DNA of 64,000 nucleotides from Nitrospirota bacterium (GTDB taxonomy: Bacteria; Nitrospirota; UBA9217), in NCBI GenBank assembly GCA_963740085.1, contig CAVUCU010000004.1:224001-288000 (forward strand), in the 5' to 3' direction. The position numbers were made by a program, and so were the translations under genes. The notes beneath the pieces were generated by a model, which was not told where the DNA came from, did not search any database, and saw nothing but the letters and a program-made list of their open reading frames with translations. Shown here in pieces: positions 50,320-58,856 of the stretch (position 1 is the first letter of the stretch; each line of letters starts with the position of its first letter).

Positions 50320-51219
50320 ATGAGAGCTCATATCATTTTTAATGTTTCGCTGGGAAAGTTTATAGCGGCGTTATTGGTCCTCACCGCATTATTTCATGGC
50401 TCTTCTTCGGCAGAGGTGTCTGATCAATCAGCAAACCAGACTCTGCAGATCAACCAGGGGGGCGTCGAGTTGTCAAAGGATTCGCCGGTCGAACTGAACC
50501 AAGAGTATTTTACAGGCTACTGGACTGATACGAAGAACATCGTAACCGCTCCTGCACGATGGGACTCATCAGACTGGATTGAAGCATCCATCGTTACGGG
50601 CATAGCCATTGGATTGTTCACTCAGGACGAGAACATACAAAGATGGTCGCAAAAGCATAAAAACACTACGACCGGCAATATCTCCGACGATGCCAAAAAA
50701 ATAGGTACTTTTTCAGTACCGGCAGTGGTCGGACTCGGCCTGTACGGCTACATCGCCGGCGATGGGAAAGCCAAAACGACCTTTTTGCTGAGTACGGAAA
50801 GCTTCATCGTCACCGGCGTTTTTGCACAGATTCTTAAACGTGCAACCGGCCGTCATCGGCCTTATACCGGAGATTCGCACGATACGTGGTCGGGTCCCAG
50901 CATTTCCGGCCAGAACGATCACCTGTCGTTACCGTCAGGCGATGCCTCGTCAGCGTTTGCAATAGCATCGGTGGTTGCTTCTGAATACGACAATTGGGTG
51001 GTCCCGCCTCTCGTCTACACCGCATCGGCGCTCATCGGTCTCTCGCGGGTGCATAACAATGCACATTGGTCTTCCGATGTATTTGTGGGTTCCGCGATAG
51101 GATATTTTACCGGGAAGGCGATCGTTGCCTCGCATAGAGATGGTCAAAAAAGCAATCTTTCACTTGCGCCCATGATAGATGGAAAGGACCTGGGCTTTGT
51201 AGTGACATACAGGTATTAG
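50320..51219 (+). CDS. PAP2-family phosphatase-like exported protein
   Basis: KRATGRHRP, LPSGD (Asp where PSGH is usual), SRVHNNAHWSSDV. Confidence 0.82.
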   Translation: MRAHIIFNVSLGKFIAALLVLTALFHGSSSAEVSDQSANQTLQINQGGVELSKDSPVELNQEYFTGYWTDTKNIVTAPARWDSSDWIEASIVTGIAIGLFTQDENIQRWSQKHKNTTTGNISDDAKKIGTFSVPAVVGLGLYGYIAGDGKAKTTFLLSTESFIVTGVFAQILKRATGRHRPYTGDSHDTWSGPSISGQNDHLSLPSGDASSAFAIASVVASEYDNWVVPPLVYTASALIGLSRVHNNAHWSSDVFVGSAIGYFTGKAIVASHRDGQKSNLSLAPMIDGKDLGFVVTYRY

Positions 51220-51320
51220 CGAAACAGAGCGAGAAAGAGTCGATCAATTGCACCGCTTCCTTCCTCAATTCGTTTGAAAAGAATTGAGACAAGTATGAAG
51301 AGAATATTTATGAAAATGTG

Positions 51321-51626
51321 ATGACCATGAAAAATCGAGTCGCTAACTATTTAACGGTAACTGGTTTAGTTGTTTTGTTCATATTCTCAGGACACGTTGT
51401 TTCATATTCACAAGATCGCGCAGAATCCAAGGCGATCTTTTATGTTCAATGATACGACGTCGGAAAAACAGCCCTGGAAGGGCTGGCGGGAGTGAAGAGA
51501 GTCGAAAAAGGCTTTCGCTACTTTAAGGAAATAAATACAGTTTATTATGATCCGAAGGTAATTACCATCGAGGAAATGGAACTTGCCCTGAAGAAGGCCG
51601 GAACTTTCATTGAAACGGTAAAATAG
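51321..51626 (+). CDS. Probable selenoprotein with HMA/ferredoxin-like fold (in-frame TGA at 51450-51452)
   Basis: Leader...KAIFYVQ-TGA-YDVGKTALEGLAGVKRVEK...TVYYDPKVITIEEMELALKKAGT; hairpin cagccct-gga-agggctg starting 16 nt after TGA; not in the ORF track. Confidence 0.7.
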
Positions 51627-51808
51627 AAAGAACATCACCATTAATTAATACTAAAGTTGAGCATTTTGCCTTTCTCACGGTCTGCGTCGACTTGCAATCG
51701 ATAGAGTGTTTGCTATACTTATCTTAAAAGACATCGTTTATCAGCTTGAAACGATGTTTTTCTATTTTAAAAGAGAAATGCCGTCAATTCGAGGGGGGGA
51801 AAGATGCC

Positions 51809-52873
51809 ATGAAAAATACTCTGAGTAGAAGAGATTTTTTCAGGAGGGCCGGGATCGGAGCCGTTGGATTAGGGTTCGGAGTTTCTCTTTTTGACGGGAT
51901 ATATCAATATGCCGAGGCGGCTTCAGAAGAAGAAAAACATGCCCTCCTCATGAAAGGCTCGGTAAATTTCATGGGATTCATGGCGAAAGAGATCACTCCG
52001 AATGATGAATTCTATATCACGACCTACTCGGATACCGTGCCGGTCATTGACCCCAGGAAATTCAGTTTAAGGATCGAGGGCCTGGTCGAAAAACCGTATA
52101 CGCTCAACCTGAAAGAACTTGAAGAGATGAAGGACAAGACCGAATTCGTCACGCTTGAGTGTATCGGCAACCCTGTCGGAGGAGATTCGATCAGCAACGC
52201 TCTCTGGGACGGCGTGACGCTGAAAAAAATAATAGACAAGGCGGTCCCTCAAAAAGGGATCGTGAAGACGGTCTTTTATGCCGAAGATGGCTACAGTGAC
52301 AGCATCCCGTATTCCCTTTCACTCTCGGAAGACGTATTTCTCGCGTACAAAATGAACGGAGAGCCTCTTCCCGGGAAGCATGGATATCCACTGAGAGCGA
52401 TCGTTCCCGGCATATATGGAATGAAACACGTCAAATGGCTCTCGAAGATAGAACTCGTTAATTTCGATTTCAAGGGATACTGGGAGAAAAAAGGATGGTC
52501 TGATGAGGCAATTATTCCCGATAAGTCGCAAATTTTGATGCCGATGGATGGAAAAACGATACAGCCAGGCAATTACGTTATCGGCGGAGTTGCATTTGCC
52601 GGAAGGTATGGAATAAGCAAGGTACAGGTATCGCTCGATAATAAGAGGACGTGGCATGATGCCGAAATTAAGCCGCCACTTTCGAAGTGGTCATGGACGC
52701 TCTGGAGCTACGACTGGAAACCTTCAAAACAGGGAGAATATACGATAACCGTTCGGGGAATCGACAAAGCGGGAAAAGTCCAGGAGTCCGCATCTCTGCT
52801 GGGAACGTTATTCCGTTCATTTCCTGATGGCGCAAAAGGTCTTCATTCCGTAAACGTGGATATAAGAAAATAA
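51809..52873 (+). CDS. Tat-exported sulfite-oxidase-family molybdoenzyme (second copy)
   Basis: SRRDFFR; ITPNDEFY; TLECIGN; HGYPLRAIVPGIYGMKHVKW. Confidence 0.9.
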   Translation: MKNTLSRRDFFRRAGIGAVGLGFGVSLFDGIYQYAEAASEEEKHALLMKGSVNFMGFMAKEITPNDEFYITTYSDTVPVIDPRKFSLRIEGLVEKPYTLNLKELEEMKDKTEFVTLECIGNPVGGDSISNALWDGVTLKKIIDKAVPQKGIVKTVFYAEDGYSDSIPYSLSLSEDVFLAYKMNGEPLPGKHGYPLRAIVPGIYGMKHVKWLSKIELVNFDFKGYWEKKGWSDEAIIPDKSQILMPMDGKTIQPGNYVIGGVAFAGRYGISKVQVSLDNKRTWHDAEIKPPLSKWSWTLWSYDWKPSKQGEYTITVRGIDKAGKVQESASLLGTLFRSFPDGAKGLHSVNVDIRK

Positions 52874-52927
52874 CGGAATGACAAGGGGTTCTGAGGCAAT
52901 ATCCGCGGTGGGAACCTTTGTCACTCT

Positions 52928-52950
52928 TGGCGGAGCTGAGGGAGAATCTC
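52928..52950 (-). other. tRNA-Ala-like 3'-end fragment (possible att remnant) followed by a hairpin
   Basis: Minus strand gagattctccctcagctccgcca; similar to 61901-61922; hairpin tgacaagg..cctttgtca at 52879-52923. Confidence 0.4.
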
Positions 52951-53364
52951 GCGCGTGCGCTCGATTCAGCACAGTAGTAGCGCAGTGGGATCGAAGACAT
53001 TCATGTTGACGGCCGTTGCGTAAACTGCTGCGGTTGAAACACACAAGGCGATGGAGTTCGCCGAAACCGCCCCTTTTCTCAGGGCTGATGACTCCTACTC
53101 TCAATCTAAATGAGGGCAGGAGTTTTTTATGCCCGGAAGGGGACAGAGAATGCAAAGCGAGTATCGAGTGTTGCGCGCCAAAAAAAGAGGTTCGTATGCT
53201 AAACTATATTATAATCATCACAAGTCGACGAGCATCAGGACTTGAAGCGGCCAGGGCGTCCAGGGCGTCCGCCAGGTCCGAACGGCTTTTAAAACAGGAG
53301 GAGTTTGGTTCAAAGGCGACCTTTAGGGGCGGATTACAACTGTTAGTCAGGAGAGGAATTATAC

Positions 53365-53835
53365 ATGCTTGAGATCGATATTCCCGGATTCGGCCTGGTG
53401 AAATTGGAGTACCTGGTGTCGGACTTTTCCGGCACCTTGTCCGTGAATGGGCAACTTATACCGAAGGTGGACTTGATGTTGAATAAAATCTCGAAGTTTA
53501 TGAAAATCCACATTCTCACGGCGGATACCTTCGGCAAGGCGCGGGGTGAATTGACAGGCATCAACTGCGAAATACATATTCTGAACGGGGGTGGCCACGA
53601 CGTGCAAAAAGAAGAGTTTGCAGCAAAACTCGGCGCGGAGAATGTCGTCGCTTTCGGGAACGGGAACAATGACCGGAGGATGCTTAAATCTTCGCGGATC
53701 GGCATTGCGGTGTCAGAGGGAGAAGGATGCGCTGTCGACGCGATCACGGCGGCGAATATCCACGTGCGAAGCGCAATCGACGGTCTCGACTTATTGCTTA
53801 ATCCGAAGAGGCTTAAGGCGACATTGCGGTTTTGA
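53365..53835 (+). CDS. HAD-superfamily hydrolase (soluble P-type ATPase-like)
   Basis: DFSGTL, LTADTFG, GNGNND. Confidence 0.85.
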   Translation: MLEIDIPGFGLVKLEYLVSDFSGTLSVNGQLIPKVDLMLNKISKFMKIHILTADTFGKARGELTGINCEIHILNGGGHDVQKEEFAAKLGAENVVAFGNGNNDRRMLKSSRIGIAVSEGEGCAVDAITAANIHVRSAIDGLDLLLNPKRLKATLRF

Positions 53836-53850
53836 CCAGAGAACGGCGCT

Positions 53851-54231
53851 ATGACCACATGCCCTTTTTGCACGATAGTTCCTGAAAAGATCATTGCTCA
53901 GAATGACCATACGTTTACCGTCAGGGACACACTGCCGGTTTCACCGGGTCACACGTTGATCGTGCCGAAGCGCCATATTGCATCAATCTTCGAAGCGACA
54001 AAGGATGAAGTAGCCGCTTTGTGGGAGTCCTTGCAACAGGCACGCACACAGTTACTCAAGGAATTCTCTCCCGACGGTTTCAACCTCGGCATCAACGATG
54101 GATTGGCAGGGGGTCAGACCATCCTGCACCTGCATATTCACATTATCCCGCGCTATAAGGGCGATATGCCGGACCCACGAGGCGGCATCCGCTGGATCTT
54201 CCCGGACAAGGCGGTTTATTGGAAAGATTGA
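53851..54231 (+). CDS. HIT-family hydrolase
   Basis: CPFC, PVSPGHTLIVPKRH, AGGQTILHLHIHIIPR. Confidence 0.92.
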   Translation: MTTCPFCTIVPEKIIAQNDHTFTVRDTLPVSPGHTLIVPKRHIASIFEATKDEVAALWESLQQARTQLLKEFSPDGFNLGINDGLAGGQTILHLHIHIIPRYKGDMPDPRGGIRWIFPDKAVYWKD

Positions 54232-54253
54232 GCGCCGAACGTTTATCACCCAT

Positions 54254-54781
54254 TTATGCAGCTCTCGATTTTTGCGCCACGCTGCGAATCATCTTCATGA
54301 TTTCCCGCATGAATGCGGGCAGGTCCGAGGGCTGCCGCGAAGTCACGAGATTGCCGTCCACAACCACTTCTTTGTCCTCGTAGATAGCTCCGGCAGCCTT
54401 CAATTCGTCCACAACAGTCCGGTAACAGGTGGCGTGCCTGCCTTTCAACAGCCCCGCGGTGATCAGTGTCTGCGGTCCGTGGCAGATGGCGGCAACAGGC
54501 TTGCCCTTCAGGAAAAAGTCCCGAGCGATCTCCACTGCCTTCGGCTCCTTTCGCACCGCTTCGGGCGCCTTGCCTCCGGGAAGCACCAGAATGTCGTAGT
54601 CCTCAGGTCTGACCTCCATCAAGGTCTTGGTCACTTCTACTTCGTAGCCGTGCTTGCCCTTGATTGGCTGATTCTTCATTGACGCAACGTCCACTTCGAT
54701 CCCTTCTTCAAGCAACCGATAGTAGGGAACGAGAAGTTCCGAGTCCTCATATGTGTCCGCGCTGATGAACAATGCTTTCAT
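54254..54781 (-). CDS. PfpI/DJ-1 family protein (type 1 glutamine amidotransferase-like)
   Basis: GGAGG RBS then MKALFISAD.YEDSE; LPGG; AAICHGPQ; VVVDGNLVTSRQP. Confidence 0.9.
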   Translation of the reverse strand: MKALFISADTYEDSELLVPYYRLLEEGIEVDVASMKNQPIKGKHGYEVEVTKTLMEVRPEDYDILVLPGGKAPEAVRKEPKAVEIARDFFLKGKPVAAICHGPQTLITAGLLKGRHATCYRTVVDELKAAGAIYEDKEVVVDGNLVTSRQPSDLPAFMREIMKMIRSVAQKSRAA

Positions 54782-55058
54782 GGGATAACCTCCTCTGTTA
54801 GAATTATAACTGTCGTGAAGACCTGCAGCCGTCATTTTTTCATGAACCTCTGCGGTGCGATATTTTATTTTACCGCATTCTTGAAAATATTTCTCTGTTG
54901 CAATTGACTTAAGCATATATTTCGATTACGATTTAAGTATACCGTCATTCTGATCGTGGCACCCCATGATTTGAATTCTGGGGAAATGCCATCAGAGAAA
55001 CAGTGCGATGCTGAAAAACCGAGGGTTTTTCTTTCCTTATGAGAAGGAGGGTCAACAT

Positions 55059-56114
55059 TTGCCGGAAGAGATCGTAGAAACTTTTCAAGTGAAGCGCCTG
55101 ACTGTTCTCGATGAAAAGGGAAATAGCAGCGGTAGGCCTGTGCCTTCGCTGACTGATGAAGAATTAAAGCGGATGTACGAGCTTCTCGTTCTTGCGAGGA
55201 CCTTTGATCAACGCGCCTTGAGCCTCCAGCGTGAGGGACGGCTCGGTACCTATCCCTCCATCCTGGGACAGGAGGCATCGCAGCTCGGAAGCGCTCTGGC
55301 GGTGGAAAAAGGAGACTGGCAGTTTCCGTCCTTTCGGGAAAGCGGCGTTTATATCGCCCTTGGTTTTCCAATGCACCTGCTTTTTCAGTATTGGGCCGGC
55401 GATGAGCGGGGCATGAGTATCCCAGAGGGGATGAACATCTTTCCCCCGTCTATTCCTGTGGGCACTCAGATTCCCCATGCCGTAGGCGCTGCGATGGCGG
55501 CAAAGTACCGGAAAGATCGCGCTGCCGCGCTCGTTTATTTCGGCGACGGCGGCAGTTCGCGCGGTGATTTCCATGAGGGAATGAACATGGCTGGCGTGTT
55601 CAAGCTCCCTGTGGTCTTTCTATGCCAGAACAATCAATGGGCCATATCCCTTCCCCGGGAGCGTCAGACCGCGTCAAAGACCATTGCGCAGAAGGCGGTT
55701 GCCTACGGCTTCGAAGGCATCCAGGTAGACGGAAACGACTTCCTTGCTGTATTCAAAGCGACAACGGACGCCCTGGCAAAGGCGAAAGACGGCGGCGGCC
55801 CGACCCTGATCGAGAGCGTTACCTACCGGATGTCGGACCATACGACATCAGATGACGCGAGCCGCTACCGGTCGAAGGAAGAAATCGAGCAGTGGAAGGC
55901 ACGAGACCCGCTTTTGCGGATGCGGTTGTACCTGGAGAAAAAAGGCCTTGTGACCGACGCATCCCAGAAGGAAATCGAAGCCAGGGCAAAGACCATGGTC
56001 GACGAGGCCCAGAAAAAGGCCGAGTCCGCGGCCCCGCCTGGTCCCAAGGACATGTTCACCTATACTTACACGAGCCTCACGCAGAGGCAGGCTCGCGAGA
56101 TAAAGGATTTCTGA
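55059..56114 (+). CDS. pdhA: 2-oxoacid (pyruvate) dehydrogenase E1 alpha subunit
   Basis: GQEA, TPP motif [28 protein letters not shown]; AGGAGG RBS before TTG 55059. Confidence 0.9.
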   Translation: MPEEIVETFQVKRLTVLDEKGNSSGRPVPSLTDEELKRMYELLVLARTFDQRALSLQREGRLGTYPSILGQEASQLGSALAVEKGDWQFPSFRESGVYIALGFPMHLLFQYWAGDERGMSIPEGMNIFPPSIPVGTQIPHAVGAAMAAKYRKDRAAALVYFGDGGSSRGDFHEGMNMAGVFKLPVVFLCQNNQWAISLPRERQTASKTIAQKAVAYGFEGIQVDGNDFLAVFKATTDALAKAKDGGGPTLIESVTYRMSDHTTSDDASRYRSKEEIEQWKARDPLLRMRLYLEKKGLVTDASQKEIEARAKTMVDEAQKKAESAAPPGPKDMFTYTYTSLTQRQAREIKDF

Positions 56115-56115
56115 T

Positions 56116-57080
56116 ATGGCGATAATGAATATGGTCCAGGCCCTGAACCTGGCTTTGAAGGAAGAAATGGAGCGGGACAAGGACGTCGTCATACTCGGCG
56201 AGGACGTGGGAAAGGACGGAGGCGTGTTCCGGGTGACCGAAGGCCTCTACAACCGCTTCGGCCCGAGCGCGTTATCGATACGCCTCTTGCCGAGACAGGC
56301 ATCGTTGGTGCTGCTATTGGCATGGCCGTTTACGGATTGAAGCCCGTGGTTGAGATCCAATTCATGGGATTCATTTACTCCGCCATTGACCAGATATTTT
56401 CGCACGCGGCGAGAATCCGTTCGCGCTCGCGCGGGAGGTTCACGGCATCCCTTGTCATCCGCACGCCCTACGGGGCGGGCGTAAAAGCTCTCGAGCACCA
56501 CTCCGAAAGCACGGAGGCCATTTTTTGCCAGATGCCGGGCGTAAAAGTGGTCGTCCCGTCGTCGCCGCTAATCGCAAAAGGTCTGCTTCTATCGGCCATC
56601 AGGGATCCGGACCCCGTGCTCTTTCTTGAACCTACAAGGCTCTACCGCATGATCAAAGATGAGGTTCCGGAGATCGATTACACGGTCCCCCTGGGAAAGG
56701 CCCGAATCGTTCAGGAAGGGACGGATGTCACTGTGATCGCCTGGGGCAGCATGCTCCAGCGGACGATGAAGGCAGTGGAGGGATTCAATGCCGAGGTGAT
56801 AGACCTCGTGACACTTTCTCCCTTTGATGAAGAGGCGGTGCTTGAATCCGCAAAAAAAACGGGCAGGGTCGTGATCGTGCACGAAGCGCCATCCATGTGC
56901 GGTCTGGGCGCCGAACTCTCTGCAACGATCGCCGAGTTTGCCATGCTTCATCTGAAGGCCCCTATCGTCCGAGTTACGGCATACAACGTCGTCCTCCCCC
57001 TACCGAAGCTTGAGGACCAGTACCTGCCGTCCATCGATAAAATACGAAAAGCCATAGAGACGGTGCTGCAGTACAAATAA
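56116..57080 (+). CDS. pdhB: E1 beta subunit; -1 indel near 56264
   Basis: [14 protein letters not shown] joined to DTPLAE..EIQF..HHSES. Confidence 0.9.
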
Positions 57081-57096
57081 AGAATGGAGAACTTCT

Positions 57097-57193
57097 CCTT
57101 CTCGCAAAGCACGCAAATTTCGCAAAGAAGGGCTTGAAACGTGATCTCCGGTTTTTAAAAAAGTCTTGCGTCATTGCCGTGCTTAGAGAGAGG
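57097..57193. repeat. Palindromic element with 9-bp internal repeats
   Basis: ctcgcaaagcacgcaaatttcgcaaag ... cttgcgtcattgccgtgcttagagag. Confidence 0.55.
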
Positions 57194-57214
57194 CGCATTG
57201 CTTTTGGATGAATT

Positions 57215-57342
57215 TTGAAAAATTCGTAAGAAGTCAAGATTTGGCACACAGAGAGCACATAAGTAAGACCTTTACACAATAAAGATTATTTCTGTGCCTT
57301 ATGCGCATTTTGCGGCTAAAAAACTTTTTTCGAATTTATCAA
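57215..57342. mobile_element. MITE-like element (20-bp terminal IRs)
   Basis: ttgaaaaattcgtaagaagt ... acttttttcgaatttatcaa (17 of 20 complementary) with an inner degenerate palindrome. Confidence 0.65.
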
Positions 57343-57362
57343 TTTTATAACCAAGGGAGAAG

Positions 57363-58631
57363 ATGATCATGGCTTTCGATTTTATACTACCCGACCTGGG
57401 CGAGGGGATTACCGAGGCTGAGATCAGGAAATGGCTTATCAAAGAGGGCGATGTCGTAGAAGAGCACCAGTCCGTCGTGGAGATCGAAACGGACAAGGCC
57501 GTCGTGGAAGTGCCGTCGCCCGTGGGCGGAACGATCCTCAAGATCGCCCGGGAAGAAGGGGAGACCGTCAAGGTCGGCGAAGTGCTCCTGGTCATCGGCG
57601 GAGCAGACGAGAAGGCCGAAGCGCCGCGGCCGCCGGAGAAGCCGAAGACCACTGAACGACCGAAGTCGGTTTCCGTCGTTGGTGAGCTTCCGGAAGAAGA
57701 GGAGGAAGTAAAGCCCGCTGTGGGGGGCCGTCCCAAGCCGGCGCCTGCCCCCCTGGTTCAGGTTGAGAAACAAGGGGCCGTAATCCTCGCTGCGCCTGCG
57801 GTGCGGGCCCTTGCAAGGGAGAAGGGAGTTAATCTGGAAAAGGTCACGGGCTCGGGGCCAGGCGGGAGCATTACGAGCGAGGACGTGCAGAAGGCCATGA
57901 GGCAGCCTGCGAAGGCCGAAGAAGAGGCCGCTGTAGAGCGCATTGCCATAAGGGGAGTCAGAAAGACCATCGCAAGAAACCTCGTGATCGCCCAAAAGAC
58001 CACGGCCTTTGTAACGGAAATGGACGATGCCGACGTTACCGACCTCTCGAACCTCCTGGCGAGGGAGAAGAAGAGACTCGAGGGAGAAGGGGTCCATCTA
58101 ACTTTCATGCCTTTTATCATGAAGGCCGTGCAACATTCGCTCATGGACTTCAGCACCTTTAATGCCTCGGTCGACGAACAAAAAGAAGAGATCATGGTAA
58201 AAAAGTTTTATAACATCGGCGTTGCCGTGGACACACCCGATGGTTTGATCGTCCCCGTGGTCAGGGATGTCGAAAACAAGACCATACGTGAGCTTGCTGC
58301 AGAACTCAAGGATTTAAGCGAAAAGGCGCGGAAGCGCACGATTAAGCTCGAGGACCTGAAGGGGAGTAGCTTTACGATCACCAACTACGGCACCTACGGA
58401 GCTAGGTTCGCAACACCTATCATCAACTATCCTGATGTGGCGATCCTGGGGACCGGAAAAATATCTGACAAGCCCTGGGTCAAGGATGGTCAGGTTATTA
58501 TCCGGAAGATTTTGCCGCTTTCGCTTACCTTCGATCACCGTGTAAATGACGGGGCAGAAGCGGCAAAATTCCTGACGCGGCTCATCGCTTACCTCGAAGA
58601 CCCGGCGGCGATCTTCATCGAAAGTGCATAA
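57363..58631 (+). CDS. pdhC: Dihydrolipoamide acyltransferase E2
   Basis: Lipoyl ETDKA, E3-binding PAVRALARE..GSGPGG, catalytic FDHRVNDG. Confidence 0.92.
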   Translation: MIMAFDFILPDLGEGITEAEIRKWLIKEGDVVEEHQSVVEIETDKAVVEVPSPVGGTILKIAREEGETVKVGEVLLVIGGADEKAEAPRPPEKPKTTERPKSVSVVGELPEEEEEVKPAVGGRPKPAPAPLVQVEKQGAVILAAPAVRALAREKGVNLEKVTGSGPGGSITSEDVQKAMRQPAKAEEEAAVERIAIRGVRKTIARNLVIAQKTTAFVTEMDDADVTDLSNLLAREKKRLEGEGVHLTFMPFIMKAVQHSLMDFSTFNASVDEQKEEIMVKKFYNIGVAVDTPDGLIVPVVRDVENKTIRELAAELKDLSEKARKRTIKLEDLKGSSFTITNYGTYGARFATPIINYPDVAILGTGKISDKPWVKDGQVIIRKILPLSLTFDHRVNDGAEAAKFLTRLIAYLEDPAAIFIESA

Positions 58632-58856
58632 AGGCGTGGATTATTGAGCAATAGCTCCTTCCTGAATGCTGCAAATAGTCATCATCATAAGCGTTCCTGC
58701 TGCACCGCCACACGAACTCGCGCGTGGCTTGTTTATGAAATTTAATGTTGAAAACCCCATGCCTTCCGGCCTCCATAACATCGGGCGACAGGCAGCCTGA
58801 ATGAACGGCGAGTCTCCTGCATCCTCCGATCCAGACAGCAGCATGAGTGTACGACC

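Noticed and set aside
53016-53372. 118-aa ORF upstream of the HAD gene
   Set aside because: No RBS or family motif, and atypical composition; probably intergenic.
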